From positions 1 to 64,000 of IMG/VR virus record IMGVR_UViG_3300027586_000002: a stretch of 64,000 nucleotides of DNA; one strand, written 5' to 3'. Source of the stretch: a virus. Positions 57,732 to 64,000 of the stretch are shown here, in pieces; position 1 is the stretch's first letter; every line of letters starts with the position of its first letter. Made by a program: the position numbers and the translations under genes. The notes beneath the pieces were generated by a model. That model saw nothing but the letters and a program-made list of their open reading frames with translations. It had not been told where the DNA came from and made no database searches.

Positions 57732-58356
57732 TATCTTGATGTGTATCAGGTTCTTTTACCAATACCATTAATTTATGCTTTCCATCTGTCCAAGTAAATA
57801 AAAAACCTGGGTACATTACTTTTATGTTATTGTCTTTAGTTATAAGTAAGTTCAAGCTTTCACCATTCTTTGGTATAAAAGATATACTTTCATCATCTTT
57901 AAACACTAGTATAACTGCTGTACTCTCTTCTAAGACAGCGACAACTGTAACTTTCATTCTACCAAAATCATTTTCGAAAGTCACGTTTATAGATTTTTGA
58001 GAAAGGACAGGTAGCTGCTCTAAGTTAAATGGTTGATGCACCGAATTATCTAAACTATACGAAGCGTTCACCAGAGTAGGCTTAACCAGCTCTAATGGTT
58101 TTGACTTCTTGTCCTGTCCTGGCTTTTTTTTAGTTATAGCTACTTGGGTAGGCAACATACTGCCTTTTGCCCCAGGAGACAGGGCCGAACGTAATACGGA
58201 CTCAGCTTTTTCCTGTATCTGCTCTTTTGAGCCCACGAATTGACCTGTGCTGTTATCTTTTCTTTTACCCATTGCGTGGTAGCTTGGTACAATATAATCG
58301 CCAATTTCTCCGTGTAGTGAGACGGCGCCAGTTTGAGGTTCATGACTTGCGTTCAT
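57721..58356 (-). CDS. Hypothetical protein
   Basis: 211-aa ORF. Confidence 0.65.
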   Translation of the reverse strand: MNASHEPQTGAVSLHGEIGDYIVPSYHAMGKRKDNSTGQFVGSKEQIQEKAESVLRSALSPGAKGSMLPTQVAITKKKPGQDKKSKPLELVKPTLVNASYSLDNSVHQPFNLEQLPVLSQKSINVTFENDFGRMKVTVVAVLEESTAVILVFKDDESISFIPKNGESLNLLITKDNNIKVMYPGFLFTWTDGKHKLMVLVKEPDTHQDNEE

Positions 58357-58384
58357 TAGTGTCTTATGATAATCTATTTAATAG

Positions 58385-59188
58385 ATGAAAAAAATCAATT
58401 TATTGAAACGGGCCGTTAAACAGAACGGACCAACTTATATTCTTGATGTCGAAATCATTTCGTCTGAAGGTATCACAAAGGATATATTTGTCAAGCAGAG
58501 GCGTAGAAATCTAAATAATACTTTTGATGATGTATTTGTAGCGATTGCAACTGTAGCTCAAATAGAAGATTTTGATATTGGTAGCCCAGCTGAAGATTCT
58601 ACCTATTTTAGAACTTCAAGCTTAGTTTTAGTTGGAACAAATCCCGCATTTCTAGAAGAGTTGTTTACTACTGTTTTATCAGAGGTACAACAATTAGTTG
58701 ACAACGCAGAAGTTTTAGAGGAAATTAAACCAGATGGCGTTTATGAAATAACCGCCGATACAATAGACGTTAATATGGGAATAGTACATACACATTATAG
58801 AATTCCGTTAATAGCCGCACCTTGCGGTGTAAATGAGGTGTTCACAGAAAGCAATCTGCAGAAGCATAGGGTAGGAAGTCAAAATACGCTTCTTCCTGGT
58901 TGGTTAAATACAGTTAGTGGTGTTGATCCTGCCGGTACTTATTTTAAATATAACATTGCTGTAGACATAACTCTTGGTTCTAAATGGCCAATAGCCTCAG
59001 AGTTCTTAGCTTATGCGCATATAGAGAATAATGGAAAGACAGAACAAAATGTATTAATAAATGCCAATGGTATATTCTGGAAGAGTAATAAGTTGGGAAC
59101 AGCACCGTGGCCAGTTGATTATGTTAACAGTGGGAATACAGGGATTGCAGCTAACGCTATTGTGCTAGTAATAGACTTTATAGTTTAA
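58385..59188 (+). CDS. Hypothetical protein, probably structural
   Basis: 267-aa beta-rich ORF. Confidence 0.65.
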   Translation: MKKINLLKRAVKQNGPTYILDVEIISSEGITKDIFVKQRRRNLNNTFDDVFVAIATVAQIEDFDIGSPAEDSTYFRTSSLVLVGTNPAFLEELFTTVLSEVQQLVDNAEVLEEIKPDGVYEITADTIDVNMGIVHTHYRIPLIAAPCGVNEVFTESNLQKHRVGSQNTLLPGWLNTVSGVDPAGTYFKYNIAVDITLGSKWPIASEFLAYAHIENNGKTEQNVLINANGIFWKSNKLGTAPWPVDYVNSGNTGIAANAIVLVIDFIV

Positions 59189-59448
59189 TGACCCGCACAA
59201 TTACAGCAAGTCACGGAATCTGGGCAGATGAGACGTCTGGAACAGCCTGGACTAGTTCCGAATCAACAACAAATATATCAACAGGCACATGGGCAATGGA
59301 CGTTAACATTGAATCCCCAGAAGTTACAGAGCTTAAAACAAGAGTAGATGTTCTAGAAAAAGAGCTATTGTTTATTAAATCAAGTTTAATGGGGGATGAA
59401 GATGGTAAAAATCCAGATCTTTATTTTCGCAAAATCGATTTCAAATAA
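59188..59448 (+). CDS. Hypothetical protein (short coiled coil; ends YFRKIDFK)
   Basis: 86-aa ORF. Confidence 0.55.
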   Translation: MTRTITASHGIWADETSGTAWTSSESTTNISTGTWAMDVNIESPEVTELKTRVDVLEKELLFIKSSLMGDEDGKNPDLYFRKIDFK

Positions 59449-59471
59449 CAAACTCCAGTTAAAACAATCAG

Positions 59472-59642
59472 ATGAAAAAGTTTGATAGACCTCATCAATC
59501 AGATGTTCGTGATTATGATAAATATCATAGTAAAAAGAAAGACCATTCTAAGAAAAATAGAGATAGTCGCTATAAAGAACATGACGATGAAAAGTTTAAT
59601 ACAAAAAACTGGAAACTAGAACAAGAAGATAACTGGCAATAA
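59472..59642 (+). CDS. 56-aa charged peptide (not in the ORF track)
   Basis: MKKFDRPHQSDVRDYDKYHSKKKDHSKK..., followed by a hairpin and T-run at ~59671-59709. Confidence 0.4.
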   Translation: MKKFDRPHQSDVRDYDKYHSKKKDHSKKNRDSRYKEHDDEKFNTKNWKLEQEDNWQ

Positions 59643-60034
59643 TTAAACACACAACCAAGTTAAACGTTAACCTTCTAGCTATCGTATTGATGCTTAGAAG
59701 GTTGTTTTTGTCTATGAACCAGAAACTGGATGCTGAGTATAAAGTTACTAAGCTTCCTAGCGAAGTTGTTGAATACTCACAAGGTTAAAAGGCTGAACAG
59801 CTGCTCAACCCGGATTGACTAAGCAGCTGTTCACCTACTTACTCCCATCCCACTTTTGGTCGCGTGGACCAAAATTACTATTCTCAATATAATAAATAAC
59901 CCAGGGAGCGTCAAGTGATAAAATATACAGTTTACAATAAAATATACAACATAATAATCTTTGTTACCAGGTATGAAGACTTGGTATTTGGATTAGTTGG
60001 GTATACAGCTTTAAAATTGAAGGACTAATTAGTT

Positions 60035-60808
60035 ATGCCAAAAACAGAAAAAACGCCGGAAAGAAGAATTGATTTAACCGAAACAGTTAGTCGCCAGACA
60101 AATAAAAAATTGGCATTAGTAAGTCACATTCTTATCATTGATGAGAGTGGCTCAATGCAGTCTTGTGTAAAGGCAACCATTGAAGGTATTAATACTCAGA
60201 TAGCTACAATAAAAGAATCTGAAGCCACAGCTAAGATAGAAAATCTTATAACTTTAGTTGTATTTAATGACCAGCATCAATTTGTAGCCAAGGGAGTTTC
60301 ACCTGATGATGTGGAAACCTTGACCGCTGAGAAGTATAAGCCTACAGGCAATACGGCACTGTACGACACGATAGTCTCGGTCATTAAAAGCACAGAAGCA
60401 GACATCACCGCTGGCTCTAAAGTATTACTAAGTATTTTTACTGATGGGATGAATAACATATGTAAGAAGTATACCGCTTCTGATGCCGCTCGAGAAATAG
60501 AACGGGTACAACAAGTTGGATGGACTGTTACCTATGTAGGTGCAAATCAAGATGTGGGTGATGTCGCTTCGTCTCTTAATATACCATTGGGTAATGCTAT
60601 GTCCTATACTTCAACCAATGAAGGAGCTACGAGGGCCTTTGCTGCCTACGCCCGGAGCAGTACATCATATTGTATGGCTATTTCTGCTGACCAGCTAGAC
60701 CAAACTAGAGGAGTTAGCCGAAGCTTTTTCTCAAAAGAAGCCAAAGTTAAAGATGTATCAAGTACTACATCACTTCCTGATCTGCTTAAAAAGTCAGCGA
60801 TCAAATAA
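60035..60808 (+). CDS. von Willebrand factor A domain protein
   Basis: IIDESGSM (MIDAS), FND, G.TALYD, FTDG, YVGANQD. Confidence 0.9.
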   Translation: MPKTEKTPERRIDLTETVSRQTNKKLALVSHILIIDESGSMQSCVKATIEGINTQIATIKESEATAKIENLITLVVFNDQHQFVAKGVSPDDVETLTAEKYKPTGNTALYDTIVSVIKSTEADITAGSKVLLSIFTDGMNNICKKYTASDAAREIERVQQVGWTVTYVGANQDVGDVASSLNIPLGNAMSYTSTNEGATRAFAAYARSSTSYCMAISADQLDQTRGVSRSFFSKEAKVKDVSSTTSLPDLLKKSAIK

Positions 60809-60846
60809 GGCTTGATTTTAGCCTATATTTTAGGTTAAATAGTTAT

Positions 60847-61065
60847 ATGAATAAAGACGCGATCGTAAATGGATTTGTTAAAAGAGCAGCTGAACGCTGT
60901 GATGGTTTTCAGTTTAAACATGAGACCGCTGCCGAAATTATAAAGCAAGCTGGCTGGTGGGATAAGATGTCTAACCAAGGCTGTGTTACCAACAAGGTAG
61001 ACAAGAAATCTAATCGCAAACCTTTCAAGAACAGTTACTACGACAGCGCTAACAAGAATCTATAA
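60847..61065 (+). CDS. Hypothetical protein
   Basis: 72-aa ORF. Confidence 0.5.
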   Translation: MNKDAIVNGFVKRAAERCDGFQFKHETAAEIIKQAGWWDKMSNQGCVTNKVDKKSNRKPFKNSYYDSANKNL

Positions 61066-61369
61066 TTATTGATTGGCTAATATTAATCAAAGGTTATAGT
61101 CCAACATGAAGTATACATTAAATAAACAATCCCGCCGCCCAGCCAAATGGGCAGGGCTGGGTTTTGATGTATCAGGTAGAAATTCAGCACCTATGTAAAG
61201 CAGGATTAAATATAACTAAAAATTTAACCCTGCTGGAAACCTCCAGCGGGGTTTTGGATTTTAGGAGGAGCTTAATTTCCTCATACTGCTTTCATTAAAT
61301 TTAGTTTGAATCAAATAACTTTAATTATATTTATATAGTTAAAATCAACACATTAATCAAGGTTCAACC

Positions 61370-61442
61370 GCGCCATTAGCTCAGTTGGTAGAGCGTCAGT
61401 TTTCCAAACTGATTGTCGTGAGTTCAAATCTCACATGGCGCT
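61370..61442 (+). tRNA. tRNA-Gly(UCC)
   Basis: GCGCCAT/ATGGCGC acceptor, TAGCTCAGTTGGTAGAGC D-arm, TCAGT-TTTCCAA-ACTGA anticodon arm, U73; CCA not encoded. Confidence 0.92.
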
Positions 61443-61449
61443 CCCTTTT

Positions 61450-61785
61450 ATGCAATCAATACATGACCTATCAGAAACTCAGTTAGAAGCAATTAATGCC
61501 TCATTTGATATTATAATCAATGTGGGTGTTAATAGGCTACATGATCTCAGTCCAAAAATGTCTGAAACAAATCGAGAACAAATGGAAGCTGTTAATGTTG
61601 ATGTGACCAAAGTTATTACCAAGGTCGAGAAAACACTTTCGGATGGTGGCAATCTAGGTAAAACTTCAATAGAAGATATTCTAAAGATCATTACCCTGGC
61701 TATTACTATTCTTGGAATAGCGCTGGGCGAAAATGATGATGACGTTGTAAAACTACGTAAGTTAAACAAAGAAATTAACGGATAA
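61450..61785 (+). CDS. Hypothetical protein
   Basis: ATG at 61450, just after the tRNA. Confidence 0.55.
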   Translation: MQSIHDLSETQLEAINASFDIIINVGVNRLHDLSPKMSETNREQMEAVNVDVTKVITKVEKTLSDGGNLGKTSIEDILKIITLAITILGIALGENDDDVVKLRKLNKEING

Positions 61786-61824
61786 CTAGGCGTACCAGTT
61801 TGACTCCGCCTGCCCCAACCTTTT

Positions 61825-62115
61825 ATGAATGAAGAACAACAAGAAGCATTAGCCTCTGCTATGACACAAGCCCAGGCTGCCATGGAAGTGTTGAGTGCTA
61901 GACTAATTCTTATTTCAAAGAAAAAAATGAAAGCTATCGACAAAAACTTTCTAATTAGTGGCATTCAAGAAGAAAAAAAGACCCTGCTTGACTCAAAAGT
62001 AAAACCATCACAAAAGACAGTGCTAACTCTTATGTACAAAATGGCCCTGCTGGCTTTTGGAGCAAAAGACAAAGATGTAATAGCTTTCAAATTGGCGATA
62101 GCTAATTTGCCTTAA
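61825..62115 (+). CDS. Hypothetical protein
   Basis: 96-aa helical ORF. Confidence 0.55.
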   Translation: MNEEQQEALASAMTQAQAAMEVLSARLILISKKKMKAIDKNFLISGIQEEKKTLLDSKVKPSQKTVLTLMYKMALLAFGAKDKDVIAFKLAIANLP

Positions 62116-62175
62116 AGTAATAAAAATAATTTGGTTCCTATATGCGCTAATTGTCACATAGGTTATTATCATCAC

Positions 62176-62251
62176 GGGGGCTGGGACTGCCTGGCGTGGT
62201 CATCTCATTTGCAATGAGAAAGTCAGACCGGTTCAACTCCGGTAGCCTCCA
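62176..62251 (+). tRNA. tRNA-Ala(UGC)
   Basis: GGGGGCT/AGCCTCC acceptor with G3:U70, TCTCA-TTTGCAA-TGAGA anticodon arm, ACCGG-TTCAACT-CCGGT T-arm. Confidence 0.88.
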
Positions 62252-62272
62252 ATCCTATTTAGAAGCAATTTT

Positions 62273-62500
62273 ATGACAGAAACAACAGAACTGCCGGCGA
62301 TCGAGTTTGTAATCAAACTCAATAATCCTGAATACAAACGTGAAGCTGATGAGCTTTACAAGTCTATTCAGGAACTTATATCAAGTGATACTTCAAAGAA
62401 AGCCTCCGAGCTAGACCCTAATCTATCTTTCAGAGTAGTGTTGATTGAACATGATGGTAGTGTGGAAAGCATGGAGCCTGTACGATACATTCAACTCTAA
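62273..62500 (+). CDS. Hypothetical protein (ends RYIQL)
   Basis: 75-aa ORF followed by the hairpin at 62516-62556. Confidence 0.6.
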   Translation: MTETTELPAIEFVIKLNNPEYKREADELYKSIQELISSDTSKKASELDPNLSFRVVLIEHDGSVESMEPVRYIQL

Positions 62501-62580
62501 GTTTAGATTATTGTGCTTGCTGCCTTTAGTTCGACATAATTATAAGGCAGCAAGCCGACATATAACAACAAACATTTCAC

Positions 62581-63078
62581 ATGAATATTATAATAAAACC
62601 ACTAAAAAAGAGACATAAACCAGTATTCAATACAATAAAAGAACTGCTTAGCTTTAAAGAAACCACAACATTTACAGAAATAGGAAGAATAGCAAAAATT
62701 AACAGTCTGGAGGTAATTCAGGTATGTAATAAGAATTCCGGTATGTTACATAAATATAACAATGGCAGTATAACCGGATTTTCTAGTGCGCCTATTACTG
62801 ATCTAAAGTTTAAGCTAGGCAAGACATTTAGATCTAATAAAATAGTTATTTCAAACGATGGGTTAAAAGCGGAGCTATTATTCTCAGGTCATGACGAGTT
62901 AAAAGCCACTTATAATTTTTCAACCTCTTTTAAATTGCACCAATATGACCCTTGGGCTAAAAAAGTTGTCATACCTGATACTGCAACGATTAGAACAGTT
63001 TTATCAGGTCATGGTATACAGGATGAGGTTGAGGTTGTTAAAGATCTTGATCTAGAACTTTATTGGGACGAAAAATGA
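62581..63078 (+). CDS. Hypothetical protein (possible N-terminal HTH)
   Basis: TTFTEIGRIAKINSLEV pattern. Confidence 0.55.
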   Translation: MNIIIKPLKKRHKPVFNTIKELLSFKETTTFTEIGRIAKINSLEVIQVCNKNSGMLHKYNNGSITGFSSAPITDLKFKLGKTFRSNKIVISNDGLKAELLFSGHDELKATYNFSTSFKLHQYDPWAKKVVIPDTATIRTVLSGHGIQDEVEVVKDLDLELYWDEK

Positions 63079-63122
63079 TAACTACATTACCCAGCCAAAA
63101 ATAGGATTAAATAAACTACGTG

Positions 63123-63422
63123 ATGAGAGTTAAAATAACAAAATTTGCAATATCAGACGAAACAGATGCACTTCCTCCTGCAGATAGGGATTCACATATA
63201 CCAGGGCGGGAACAAGCCGATAACTTAAGCCTTCCTATTGAGTATTGGATTGAGGGTCAAGCTGAGGAGCTGCCATGTGTAGGTCGCTGGTTTGTAATAA
63301 ACAGAGAAGTAAGGAATGGTGTTGTCACCCCAGGACTGTTTACTTCTTCTCCAATCGTCAAGATCAGTGGAGATATTTATGAGACAAGAAACTCTAAATA
63401 TCGAGTAGAACTTTTAAGTTAA
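63123..63422 (+). CDS. Conserved phage hypothetical protein
   Basis: Y.IEG....P.VG....R..RNG...G.F.SS.I..I....TRNS.Y. Confidence 0.65.
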   Translation: MRVKITKFAISDETDALPPADRDSHIPGREQADNLSLPIEYWIEGQAEELPCVGRWFVINREVRNGVVTPGLFTSSPIVKISGDIYETRNSKYRVELLS

Positions 63423-63423
63423 T

Positions 63424-63501
63424 GCACCTGTAGCTCAGCCTGGTTAGAGCAGCGCCCTTTTAAGGCGTTTGTCGCGCGTTCAACTCGCGCCAGGTGCACC
63501 A
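63424..63501 (+). tRNA. tRNA-Lys(UUU)
   Basis: GCACCTG/CAGGTGC acceptor, GCGCC-CTTTTAA-GGCGT anticodon arm, encoded ACCA. Confidence 0.93.
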
Positions 63502-63569
63502 CTTTATAAAAATTAATATGATAAAGTGTTAACAACCTTTCTAATTTAAGTAAACAACAATAACCCATA

Positions 63570-63758
63570 ATGGTTGACCAAAATATAATTCAACAACTCC
63601 GTGTGGTACTGCACAAGGCTACAGACATTTCAGTAGTATCGTCTGTAGAAGGTGACAATTTAAAATATGATATAAAGATAACTATACCTATGGAAGTAAA
63701 CAACATAGGCGCAGACGTTGGTCTAGTACTAAAGCCAGAGCGGCGAATTTCGATATGA
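63570..63758 (+). CDS. Hypothetical protein (ends RRISI)
   Basis: 62-aa ORF; ATGA overlap with the next ORF. Confidence 0.55.
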   Translation: MVDQNIIQQLRVVLHKATDISVVSSVEGDNLKYDIKITIPMEVNNIGADVGLVLKPERRISI

Positions 63759-63973
63759 AGACAATCATACATGTTAACCAACATGTTATTAAGAAAAATC
63801 AAAAGACTGGCGAAAGAAATCCTGTGTTAACTGTTAAGACCTATAAGTCTAATTTTAAAGCTAATATGGTGAAGATCAAAGGTCCTTGTAAAGTTGTCTA
63901 TAGCCCAAATAAGCCACTTTCATGTGGAGCAAGGGTCTGGATAGAGACAATAGGAGAAGTAAAGTTAAATTGA
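63755..63973 (+). CDS. Conserved phage hypothetical protein
   Basis: IHVNQHVI..N.K.....P..TVK...GP..VVY....PLSCGA.VWIET. Confidence 0.75.
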   Translation: MKTIIHVNQHVIKKNQKTGERNPVLTVKTYKSNFKANMVKIKGPCKVVYSPNKPLSCGARVWIETIGEVKLN

Positions 63974-64000
63974 AAACTAGTGAACTATGACAAAACAGCT

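Noticed and set aside
1-64000. Stop-codon recoding
   Set aside because: Long conserved genes are intact under the standard code, and TAA, TAG and TGA all end ORFs at sensible places.
1-64000. Prophage or host chromosome boundary
   Set aside because: No integrase, att site or housekeeping operon is seen; the content is phage-like throughout.

Overview
This is 64 kb from a large, AT-rich tailed dsDNA phage genome (probably jumbo-class), densely coded and mostly on the + strand in the standard code. Most starts lack a Shine-Dalgarno site. The replication/recombination set includes an SbcCD/Mre11-Rad50 pair, a WGR-fused ATP-dependent DNA ligase, a UvsW-like helicase, primase, DnaB-like helicase, a family A polymerase with an N-terminal UDG-like domain, SSB, RecA and RuvC. 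The terminase large subunit and portal lie far apart on the - strand. Also present are thymidylate kinase, two RNA ligases, a polynucleotide kinase-like P-loop protein, two AAA+ ATPases, a tmRNA, four tRNAs and many small unknown ORFs. Four features stand out. (1) A phage-encoded ubiquitin-like cassette: Ubl-GG precursor, 660-aa partner, JAB peptidase and ThiF/E1 (40.3-44.2 kb). (2) At least six unrelated small proteins ending in the same tail, R-[RKY]-I-[QS]-[IL]-COOH. (3) A ~445-nt, heavily base-paired non-coding RNA with its own promoter and terminator (5.7-6.2 kb). (4) tRNA-shaped RNAs with a 30-47 nt insert in place of the anticodon loop, next to a tmRNA with a 30-aa tag. A PVC (Verrucomicrobiota/Planctomycetota) host is suggested but is only inference. 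All family calls come from motif recognition by eye; no searches were run.
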